A stretch of DNA of 64,000 bases from Gammaproteobacteria bacterium. Its GTDB lineage: Bacteria; Pseudomonadota; Gammaproteobacteria; Pseudomonadales; Cellvibrionaceae. Below are positions 10,011-18,016 of the stretch, one piece after another. The stretch is from contig JAGKWO010000007.1 in assembly GCA_021151835.1 (NCBI GenBank), positions 7,064-71,063 on the forward strand, written 5' to 3'. Position 1 is the first letter of the stretch, and each line of letters opens with the position of its first letter. The translations under genes and the position numbers were made by a program. A model generated the notes under the pieces. The model had not been told where the DNA came from, searched no databases, and saw only the letters and a program-made list of their open reading frames with translations.

Positions 10011-12026
10011 TCAGGCGGAGCGGTTGCGGCAGGGGTTGGTGAGCGTAAAGCGTGAATCAAAAAAATCTTGCTGCATCCGTGTTGCTGCCGTTAATGTCCA
10101 GTGGTTTAGCGGATAGGTTTGATTGGCAGTTTGGCCATCATTAGTGGGCAAAATGCTGTTTTCGTTAGCCGCTTGCTGATTCTCTTCTAGCGAGTTTTTT
10201 TCACCATTTGCAGTCATTTGTCGCCCCAACCAATTTTTTGCATCAACAAAAGGCATTGGGCGATGAATAAAATAGCCTTGCACTTGATCGCAGCCCAATT
10301 CGCGCAAGCTTCCAATCTGCTCAAATACTTCTGCACCTTCTGCTACGACCGATAAGCCAACCGCATGGGCGATGGAGACGACGCCCTTGGTGATATCCCA
10401 ATCCACTTTGTTACCGGGCAATTCGGCGACAAACGAGCGATCAATTTTGATGATGTCGAGTGGCAAGCGTTTTATATACGTGAGCGACGCATAACCGGTC
10501 CCAAAATCATCCACTGCCATGCGCACACCTAAATCGCGGCAGCGCAACATAATCCGCTTGGCGCGTTCGAGGTCCTCGAGCATCGCTGTTTCGGTAATCT
10601 CAATAATCAGTGCGCGGCCAAACCCGGCAAATTCGGCGCAGATATTTTGCAATTCATTTAAGAAGGTCGGGTGTAAGAAATGGCGCGGCGAAATATTGAT
10701 ATGGATATCGGGTGTTAATGAATGCGCATTCCACAAGCACCACTGCTGGGCCGCTTCGCGCAATACCCAATTGCCGACACGGAACTCCAGGTCGCCGCGC
10801 GCCGATTCAACAGCCTGGATAAGCGGGCCTGCACTGACAATATCGCCGTCCGGTTTGCACCAGCGCAAAAGCGCTTCAAAACCTGCCAAACGCAAATCGC
10901 TTAATTGGCAAATCGGTTGATACCATAACTGCAATTCGTTGCGTTCCAGTGCACTCTCGACATCAACAATGGAAATTTGTGCCTCCAGTGGTAATTCCGT
11001 TTTAACCGATGCGCGCTGGAATCTGTCACCGCCCTGGCTTTTGGCGATATACATCGCGGCATCGGCTTTGCGCAATAAATTAATTTCATCCACACCATCT
11101 TGCGGCGCGATGACAACGCCGATGCTGCCGCTCAGTCGTCCGCGTTTGCGGCCAGTGCCATAAGGAATACGCAACGCCTGTAAAAAACGTTTGGTGAGGA
11201 TTTCGATATGGGATTCATCGCACTCGGCAATAATTAAAAATTCATCACCACCCAGCCGCCCGATCTGGTCACCCTTGCGAACCACATCAGACAGGCGTTG
11301 GGCTAAATCGCGCAAGAGCAAATCACCGGTCTCATGGCCCCAATGGTCATTGGCGGATTTCAAACCATCGACATCGATAAAGAAGCAAGCGAATGAGCGA
11401 TTATAGCGATGGAGTTTTTCCAGGCTGTCATCAAGGCAATCCAGAATCCCGCGGCGATTTAATAATTTGGTTAACGGATCAATCGTTACCAGCGAGCGCA
11501 ATTGTGCTTCGAGTTTTTCGCGATGGCACGCAACAGCAATTTGACTCGCAATACGTTCGGCGAGTGTGAGTAGTTGCGGCGAAATATTCGCCTCACTGTT
11601 GGTATGTTTAAACCAGGATGAGGCGAGGACGCCTAATACCTGATCGGACGAAATCAATGGAATTACCAGGTTGGATTGCAAGCCCGCACTAACCAATTGC
11701 GGCATCGCATCGGGTGCGGCGGGGTAATTGCGGGTGAAGATACTGGTTTTACTGGCTAATACACGGCTGGAAATACCATTGGCTGCCGAAAAACGAAAGC
11801 CTTTGAATGCGTCCAATAAATGTTGGTGTTCGCCCTCAAATAATTTGTATTCAAAGGTTTGGGTATCTTCATCCAGTAAAATCAATGCGGTGCCGTCGGC
11901 ACCTAATAAATTGCGCACGGCGGCCGCCGCTTTTTTAAAAAATACTTGAAAATCCGGTTCCAGGGTCAATGCGTCCATTGCGGCGAGTAATGAGGGTACC
12001 GCTGTATGCAACAACAATTGATTCAT
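10011..12026 (-). CDS. GAF-GGDEF-EAL c-di-GMP cyclase/phosphodiesterase
   Basis: N-terminal GAF; RKGD I-site with GGDEF; EALLRW, DDFGTGY and KIDRSFV motifs. Confidence 0.92.
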   Translation of the reverse strand: MNQLLLHTAVPSLLAAMDALTLEPDFQVFFKKAAAAVRNLLGADGTALILLDEDTQTFEYKLFEGEHQHLLDAFKGFRFSAANGISSRVLASKTSIFTRNYPAAPDAMPQLVSAGLQSNLVIPLISSDQVLGVLASSWFKHTNSEANISPQLLTLAERIASQIAVACHREKLEAQLRSLVTIDPLTKLLNRRGILDCLDDSLEKLHRYNRSFACFFIDVDGLKSANDHWGHETGDLLLRDLAQRLSDVVRKGDQIGRLGGDEFLIIAECDESHIEILTKRFLQALRIPYGTGRKRGRLSGSIGVVIAPQDGVDEINLLRKADAAMYIAKSQGGDRFQRASVKTELPLEAQISIVDVESALERNELQLWYQPICQLSDLRLAGFEALLRWCKPDGDIVSAGPLIQAVESARGDLEFRVGNWVLREAAQQWCLWNAHSLTPDIHINISPRHFLHPTFLNELQNICAEFAGFGRALIIEITETAMLEDLERAKRIMLRCRDLGVRMAVDDFGTGYASLTYIKRLPLDIIKIDRSFVAELPGNKVDWDITKGVVSIAHAVGLSVVAEGAEVFEQIGSLRELGCDQVQGYFIHRPMPFVDAKNWLGRQMTANGEKNSLEENQQAANENSILPTNDGQTANQTYPLNHWTLTAATRMQQDFFDSRFTLTNPCRNRSA

Positions 12027-12108
12027 GACGCTTGGCTCAATGTGCTTCTAAAAAAACAAACCGGGATGGGAAAAATTAAATCCGATACAAATGTCGGTAA
12101 TGGTATTT

Positions 12109-12124
12109 AGCAATATGCTTGCCA
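12109..12124 (-). promoter_or_regulatory. Sigma54 (-24/-12) promoter for the GAF-GGDEF-EAL gene
   Basis: Minus strand TGGCAAGCATATTGCT = GG-N10-GC, about 83 bp upstream of the ATG. Confidence 0.65.
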
Positions 12125-12416
12125 GCGAAAATTTTTTTCATAGTTCTTTATAAAATGACTAAAACAGGCATGGCTTTATGACAAAATTGCTAAAAAAAGC
12201 GCGAAGTGCATCAAAAAAATAACCTTGGCTCCCCAAGGTGGGGCGCAAAAACTACGCTGTGCTTTGTTGTGGTGCGTCATCCATGATAATTACACACAGT
12301 CGTATATGTTGTATTGAATGATAAATCGAAAGAGCTTGCAGGCTGATTTAAGCTGAATTACCGGGGCAGTTTTTGTTGGGGGCTCGGGGGCAGTATGGGC
12401 ATGATTGACTTGTGTG

Positions 12417-12442
12417 TCTTTGTATACAAACATATATAGCGA
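12417..12442. promoter_or_regulatory. ModE operator upstream of modABC
   Basis: TCTTTGTATA-caaaca-TATATAGCGA matches the ModE box tCGxTATATA-N6-TATATAxCGa. It follows a TTGACT -35-like hexamer at 12405. Confidence 0.75.
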
Positions 12443-12470
12443 AATTGTAATGTCACCCCGGGAGACGCTT

Positions 12471-13247
12471 GTGCATAGGGTATCAATGGTTAATTCACTG
12501 ACGGCTGGCTTATTACTGTGCGCATTATTTATGATCAATGCCGTTGCAGCGGCTGAAGTAAAAATATATGCAGCCGCCAGTTTGACGGATGCAATCACCG
12601 AGCTGGCTGACACTTACCGGCAGACCCATCCTTCAACGCAGATCAAACCGGTGTTCGCCGGTTCTTCAACGCTGGCCAAACAAATCGCAAACGGCGCACC
12701 GGCCGATGTGTTTATCTCTGCTGATAAGGATTGGGCTGATTACCTGCAAACACGCAGTGTGCTGGAGCCAAAGAGCCGTGTGGATCTATTGGAAAACGAA
12801 TTGGTTTTGATTGCCCCCGCAACCCATCCGCTCCCCATTACGCTTGATAAAAACATTAATCTGGCAAGTCGTTTTAAGGGCAAATTATGCACTGGCGAAC
12901 CCGCTTCAGTGCCAGTGGGCAAATACGCAAAGCAAGCCTTGGGTTTTTATGGCTGGTGGGATGCAATTCAAACGCGCCTGGTCGGCACGGAAGATGTGCG
13001 CAGCGCACTGGCGTTTGTCGAGCGCGGTGAATGTGCGCTGGGAATTGTTTATAAAACGGATGCACTGTTGACCAAAAAAGTGACTGTGATTGCTACATTT
13101 CCGGCAGAAAGCCATTTACCCATTGTGTATCCCGGTGGTTTAACTAAAAATGCCAATCCCGAGGCGGCCGCTTTCTGGCAATTCCTGCAATCAAAGGCTG
13201 CACTGCAAACATTTGCGCGTTATGGCTTTAAAGTAGCGCACCAATAA
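12471..13247 (+). CDS. modA: Molybdate ABC transporter substrate-binding protein
   Basis: AAASL, AGSSTLAKQI, GAPADVFISA, SVPVGKYA and VYKTDA motifs. Start is GTG 12471 (GGAG RBS) or ATG 12486. Confidence 0.93.
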   Translation: MHRVSMVNSLTAGLLLCALFMINAVAAAEVKIYAAASLTDAITELADTYRQTHPSTQIKPVFAGSSTLAKQIANGAPADVFISADKDWADYLQTRSVLEPKSRVDLLENELVLIAPATHPLPITLDKNINLASRFKGKLCTGEPASVPVGKYAKQALGFYGWWDAIQTRLVGTEDVRSALAFVERGECALGIVYKTDALLTKKVTVIATFPAESHLPIVYPGGLTKNANPEAAAFWQFLQSKAALQTFARYGFKVAHQ

Positions 13248-13264
13248 CTGAATTTATTTTTACT

Positions 13265-13960
13265 ATGCTCACAGAATCTGAATGGCAGGTATTGGGCCTG
13301 TCGGCGCAAGTTGGTTTGTGGGCAACATTCCTCTGCATTGTGCCCGGTGTTTTTTTTGGCTGGTTATTGGCGCGCAAGGAATTTATTGCCAAACCGGTTT
13401 TGGAGGCCGCACTGTTTCTGCCGATGGTATTGCCACCTACGGTGCCCGGTTATTTATTGCTGGTCGTTTTTGGTTCACAAGGTGTGGTGGGGCAATGGTT
13501 GAAAAACCATTTCGATATCGAGTTTGCATTTAACTGGAAAGGTGCGGTGTTAGCGTCTGCCGTTATCGCGTTTCCATTAATGGTGCAAGCGGCAAAATTA
13601 TCGGTACATATGATTGACCGCCGGTTGGAACTGGCGGCAAGTACATTGGGGGCAAGTCCATTGAAGGTCTGGTGCACAGTGACATTACCGTTGATGTTGC
13701 CCGGTATTTTAATCGGCGCCATTATGGTTTTCAGCCGCTCACTCGGCGAATTTGGTGCAACTATTACTTTTGTCGGTAACATTGCGGGTGAGACGCGCAC
13801 ACTTCCGCTCGCTATTTATTCTGCTACCCATCAAATCGATGGTGATGCAACAGCGGTTCGTTTGATTGTGATTTGTATATCCCTTGCCTTTTTTTCACTG
13901 TTGGTTAGCAATTTATTAACCCGCCGCGCCGAGCGTTGGTTGGGAGTGCGCCGTGCTTAA
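13265..13960 (+). CDS. modB: Molybdate ABC transporter permease
   Basis: LPMVLPPTVPGY, EAA-like loop, RSLGEFGAT and TRTLPLAIY motifs. Confidence 0.95.
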   Translation: MLTESEWQVLGLSAQVGLWATFLCIVPGVFFGWLLARKEFIAKPVLEAALFLPMVLPPTVPGYLLLVVFGSQGVVGQWLKNHFDIEFAFNWKGAVLASAVIAFPLMVQAAKLSVHMIDRRLELAASTLGASPLKVWCTVTLPLMLPGILIGAIMVFSRSLGEFGATITFVGNIAGETRTLPLAIYSATHQIDGDATAVRLIVICISLAFFSLLVSNLLTRRAERWLGVRRA

Positions 13961-14600
13961 GGTCGATATACATTTCCAGCGCGATGATTTTTCGCTACAA
14001 GTGAAACAACAATTCACTGCGCCGGTTACCGGTATTCTCGGCGCTTCCGGTAGTGGCAAAAGCACATTGTTATCGTTGATTGCTGGCTTGCTCAAACCAC
14101 AGCAGGGAATAATTACCCTGAACGAAAAAAAAATATGCGATACCCGCGCGCGCATCTGGATTCCGCCGCACCAGCGTCATATTGGTTTGGTATTTCAGGA
14201 TGGCCAGTTATTGCCGCATTTATCCGTGCGCCATAATTTATTGTACGGTTACAACAATATTGCGGCCGCGCAGCGTCGTTTTACGCTGGATGCAATAGTG
14301 GAATTGTTGGAGATAGGTTCGCTGCTGGAGCGTAAACCGGCGCAGCTATCCGGTGGTGAAAAGCAGCGGGTTGCCTTGGGGCGAGCGGTACTTTATTCGC
14401 CGGAATTATTGTTGCTGGATGAGCCACTCTCGGCCCTGGATGAACGCTTGAAACAACAAATCCTGCCGTTCTTTTTGCGTATTTATGCTGAGTGCAAAAT
14501 CCCTATGATGTATGTTACCCATGCTTCCAGTGAGCTGGAGTTTTTAACGTCACAACGGTTTATTGTGCGTGATGGCAGTTTGCATAACGATGCGTATTAA
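13953..14600 (+). CDS. modC: Molybdate ABC transporter ATPase (short, no TOBE domain)
   Basis: GASGSGKS, LSGGEKQRVALGRA, LLLDEP and YVTH motifs; only 215 aa. Confidence 0.9.
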   Translation: MLKVDIHFQRDDFSLQVKQQFTAPVTGILGASGSGKSTLLSLIAGLLKPQQGIITLNEKKICDTRARIWIPPHQRHIGLVFQDGQLLPHLSVRHNLLYGYNNIAAAQRRFTLDAIVELLEIGSLLERKPAQLSGGEKQRVALGRAVLYSPELLLLDEPLSALDERLKQQILPFFLRIYAECKIPMMYVTHASSELEFLTSQRFIVRDGSLHNDAY

Positions 14601-14986
14601 CGGGATGAAGGCAGCGGTTTTTTACGCAGCAGTGGTTTGAATTCAGGGAAATGTTGTGTGCTTAATTGTTGTATATCCGCTTGCAGCTGGCGATAGCGTT
14701 TTAACACATCAACGCCGTCCTCCGTTAATCGTGTACCCCCGCCGTGTGCGCCGCCAGTGGCAGTTTCTACCAGGGGCTTTTGGAAGCAGCGGTTCATAGA
14801 ATCCACCAACAACCAGGTGCGTCGGTAACTCATCCCCAATTGTTTGCCGGCAGATGAAATAGAGCCGGTTGCTGCGATGGCATCCAGCAAATCGGCTTTG
14901 CCCGGACCAAACGCTATTTCTTCATCCAGCATTATGCGCGCCTGTATTTTCAGGCGCGCACCGGTATCGGTACTTTTTTCACTCAT
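14597..14986 (-). CDS. modE: ModE-family winged-helix regulator (DNA-binding domain only)
   Basis: GPGKADLL..I..TGSISSAGKQLGMSYRRTW and GGAHGGGTRLT; no molbindin domains. Confidence 0.85.
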   Translation of the reverse strand: MSEKSTDTGARLKIQARIMLDEEIAFGPGKADLLDAIAATGSISSAGKQLGMSYRRTWLLVDSMNRCFQKPLVETATGGAHGGGTRLTEDGVDVLKRYRQLQADIQQLSTQHFPEFKPLLRKKPLPSSR

Positions 14987-15531
14987 ATTTTATTTTCGGG
15001 TGGTGCGATTCTTAATTGGCCGACAAAGTTACAGGGTTTATTGCGCGCATCGAGTTGCGCTTCAATAATTTTGGTCCACGCCGTCGTGCATGCGCCGGTA
15101 GAACCGGGCAAACAAAATATCAAGGTGCGATTGGCCAGGCCGGCTGTTGCGCGCGATTGAATGGTAGATGTGCCGATTTCTTCATAAGAAACCTGGCGAA
15201 ACAATTCACCGAAACCGACCACAGTTTTATCAAATAGCGGGGTCATGGCTTCAACCGTGGAGTCGCGCCCGGCAAAGCCGGTGCCGCCGGTAATTAATAC
15301 CACTTGTGCTTGTGCATCGACAATCCAGTTGGAAACTGCGGCGCGAATTTGGTAAATATCATCAATCACTAATTTGCGGTCATGTAATTGATGGCCGGCG
15401 GCCGTTAATAAATCCTGTAATTTCTGTCCGGATGTATCGGTTGCAAAAGTGCGTGTATCGGATACCGTAAGTACGCAAATATTTAGTGGTTCGAATTCTT
15501 TTTGGGCTGACATCAATTCTCTCCCGGCCAT
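14983..15531 (-). CDS. moaB: Molybdenum cofactor biosynthesis protein B
   Basis: LTVSDTR, TGGTG, GFGELFR, QSRA and LPGS motifs (start may be ATG 15513). Confidence 0.93.
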   Translation of the reverse strand: MAGRELMSAQKEFEPLNICVLTVSDTRTFATDTSGQKLQDLLTAAGHQLHDRKLVIDDIYQIRAAVSNWIVDAQAQVVLITGGTGFAGRDSTVEAMTPLFDKTVVGFGELFRQVSYEEIGTSTIQSRATAGLANRTLIFCLPGSTGACTTAWTKIIEAQLDARNKPCNFVGQLRIAPPENKI

Positions 15532-15535
15532 GGGG

Positions 15536-16525
15536 TTACCCCCCGGTCATATTCATAAACCGCACAATTTGCGGCTCTTCCTGTAAATCAAAAAAATGTT
15601 TTTCCGGTTTATGTTGCATGGCGTTGACGATGTGTGCGCGCAATGCGGCTTCCGAATAATTTTCAGCGCGCAATTGTGCGCGCAGGTCCACGCTGTGTTC
15701 ATTGCCCAGGCATAGTAACAGGCGACCGGTGGCGGTCACGCGTACGCGATTGCAGCTGCCGCAAAAATTATGCGAGTGGGGCGAAATAAAACCGATGCGC
15801 GAATTAAATCCGGCTATTTGCCAATAACGTGATGGACCTGCATGTGCGTGCGAATGTTCGTGCGGGAGCAGTGAGTAGTCACGGCTAAGCCGCGTGCGCA
15901 ATTCGTCGCTGCTGATATATTCGGCGGCGCGGCCATGATCGTTGATTTTACCGAGCGGCATTTCCTCGATAAAACTGATATCCATGCCTTCATCCACTGC
16001 AAATTGCACCAGTGCAGGCACTTCATCGGCGTTGTAATGCTTTAACGCGACACAATTGAGTTTGATCTTCAATCCCGCGTGTTGTGCTGCTTTGATACCG
16101 GCCAATACCTGATCCAGGTCACCGAAGCGGGTGAGCCGGCGGAAGTGCTCGGGATTAAGGCTATCGAGGCTGATATTAATGCGCTTTACCCCGGCATCGC
16201 GAATCGCGCGGGCGTATTGGGTTAGATGGGTGCCATTGGTAGTCAGGCACAACTCTTGTAGTCCCGGTAATTGGCCAAGGTTCTGGAGTAGCTCGATTGT
16301 GCCTTTCCTGACCAGCGGTTCGCCGCCAGTAATACGCAATTTGGTTACACCCAACTCCACAAAAGCCCGCCCCAGGCTGGTGAACTCTTCAATGCTGAGT
16401 ACTTCCTGGCGTGGCAGGAAGGTCATCTCTTCAGCCATACAATAAATGCAGCGCAGGTCGCAACGGTCAGTGACTGACAGGCGTACATAGTTAACGGTGC
16501 GGCCGAAGCTGTCGATTAGTTGCAT
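15536..16525 (-). CDS. moaA: GTP 3',8-cyclase
   Basis: Radical SAM CDLRCIYC motif, TGGEP, FCGSCNRVR...LCL, and C-terminal MTGG. Confidence 0.96.
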   Translation of the reverse strand: MQLIDSFGRTVNYVRLSVTDRCDLRCIYCMAEEMTFLPRQEVLSIEEFTSLGRAFVELGVTKLRITGGEPLVRKGTIELLQNLGQLPGLQELCLTTNGTHLTQYARAIRDAGVKRINISLDSLNPEHFRRLTRFGDLDQVLAGIKAAQHAGLKIKLNCVALKHYNADEVPALVQFAVDEGMDISFIEEMPLGKINDHGRAAEYISSDELRTRLSRDYSLLPHEHSHAHAGPSRYWQIAGFNSRIGFISPHSHNFCGSCNRVRVTATGRLLLCLGNEHSVDLRAQLRAENYSEAALRAHIVNAMQHKPEKHFFDLQEEPQIVRFMNMTGG

Positions 16526-16540
16526 AGATAAAGATAGTAG

Positions 16541-16645
16541 TCCCGGGTGCAGGCACTCTAACCCCGTCGGGGTGTTGGCTCAAGGTGTTTTCCCACTGCC
16601 AGGCAAACCAGCGGTCACAGTAGAGGGCAGTCGCCAAGTGCGATA
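16541..16645 (-). ncRNA. Candidate structured cis-regulatory RNA (riboswitch-like leader) of moaAB-modE
   Basis: GC-rich leader with closing pair GCACUU/GAGUGC and internal stems CCGCUG/CAGUGG and ACCCC-GAC-GGGGU, directly 5' of moaA. Family not identified. Confidence 0.5.
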
Positions 16646-16774
16646 AAGCCTGTTCCAAAATGGTGATTTTTAAAATTTTACACCCTTGTGTGCGGTTGGG
16701 AGCGCCTTTTTTTAAGGTTCTGGTGAGCCGTGTCTGTTGCCAATCTCATCGTTTTGATTCTGGAAAACATAAAA

Positions 16775-16889
16775 TGTTTTTTGATGGTGCGTGATGCACC
16801 ATTATTTTGTTTTTAATTGGTGCATTTGTGCAAATTTTGAAAATCTGTTTTTGCTATCAAGTGGTGCGATCTTGCACCAACAAAAAACA
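16775..16889. promoter_or_regulatory. Cluster of NtrC-like enhancer half-sites
   Basis: TGGTGCG-N3-TGCACCA (16785-16801), TTGGTGCA (about 16817-16824) and TGGTGCG-N4-TGCACCA (16862-16879); NtrC consensus is TGCACCA-N3-TGGTGCA. Confidence 0.6.
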
Positions 16890-17008
16890 CAAAACGATTT
16901 GATGGCGCGGCCAGCGGAAGAGTTCGGAGCCACAATCAATCTTGCCTGGCATTGATAACTAACTGATAAAAATAAAGAAAATTTTATTTTTTGGTGAAAA
17001 TTGCGTTG

Positions 17009-17024
17009 TGGCATTTGCTTTGCA
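17009..17024 (+). promoter_or_regulatory. Sigma54 promoter of cobA-nirBD
   Basis: TGGCATTTGCTTTGCA = GG-N10-GC, about 35 bp upstream of ATG 17059, with an AT-rich tract upstream. Confidence 0.72.
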
Positions 17025-17058
17025 ATTCCACCTGGGTAATCCAGATGCAGGTGTTGCC

Positions 17059-17961
17059 ATGAATAATTTTCTGAAAGTTCCCGTTTTTTTTAAAGCCAAC
17101 GTGGAAGCAATTCCTTCTGCGATGCTAAAGGCGCGCAGTGGTAGCGGTAATGGCCCGGCAAAAAAAGGCGATGACTACAGCAAGAAAATCCGCGCCGGAA
17201 AAGTGTGGCTGGTAGGGGCGGGGCCGGGTGATGCCGAACTGCTCACAGTGAAAGCCGTACGCGCCATTAATTCTGCCGATGTGATTTTTTACGATTATCT
17301 GGTGAGCGAGGAAATTCGCGCACTCTTTCCCAAAAATGTTCCGGCTTTTTATGTCGGCAAAGCAAAAAACCAACACAGTATTGCCCAGGAAGATTTAAAC
17401 CAGTTGTTAGTTAACCGGGCGAAGTCGGGGTTGAATGTATGCCGCATAAAGGGAGGTGATCCTTTTGTCTTTGGTCGCGGTGGCGAGGAGTTGCTGGAGT
17501 TGCGCGCTGCCGGTATTGAGACGGATGTGATTCCCGGTATTACGTCGGCATCGGGTTGCAGCACTTATGCAGATATCCCGTTAACCCATCGCGGTTTATC
17601 GCAAGGTTGTACATTGGTTACCGGCCACGCGGAAAAAAGCCTGGATTTGAATTGGAATGCGCTCGCGCAATTAAAACACACCCTGGTGTTTTACATGGGC
17701 CTGACCCGCGCTAATGAAATCTCCGCAAAATTATTAGCCGGTGGTTTGGCCGCCGATACGCCGGTTGCCATCATCGAAAACGGTTGCCGCAAAGACCAGC
17801 GCACGATTATTTCTACCCTGAATGAATTCCCGGCGGATGTGCTCCGCGAACATGTGCAATCACCGGCATTAATTATTGTGGGCGAGGTGGTGCGCATGAA
17901 AGAAAAATTGCAAGTCACTGTGCAGGCCCATGCCGCCGAAGCCCAATACCTTTGGGCTTGA
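17059..17961 (+). CDS. cobA: Uroporphyrinogen-III C-methyltransferase (siroheme synthesis)
   Basis: VGAGPGDAELLT, RIKGGDPFVFGRGGEE, PGITS, PLTHRG and FYMG motifs; located upstream of nirBD. Confidence 0.92.
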   Translation: MNNFLKVPVFFKANVEAIPSAMLKARSGSGNGPAKKGDDYSKKIRAGKVWLVGAGPGDAELLTVKAVRAINSADVIFYDYLVSEEIRALFPKNVPAFYVGKAKNQHSIAQEDLNQLLVNRAKSGLNVCRIKGGDPFVFGRGGEELLELRAAGIETDVIPGITSASGCSTYADIPLTHRGLSQGCTLVTGHAEKSLDLNWNALAQLKHTLVFYMGLTRANEISAKLLAGGLAADTPVAIIENGCRKDQRTIISTLNEFPADVLREHVQSPALIIVGEVVRMKEKLQVTVQAHAAEAQYLWA

Positions 17962-18016
17962 TGCGCAGTTTTTATAATTACTCAATACAAAAAATTTCAC
18001 GACCGTGAGGCAGTAT

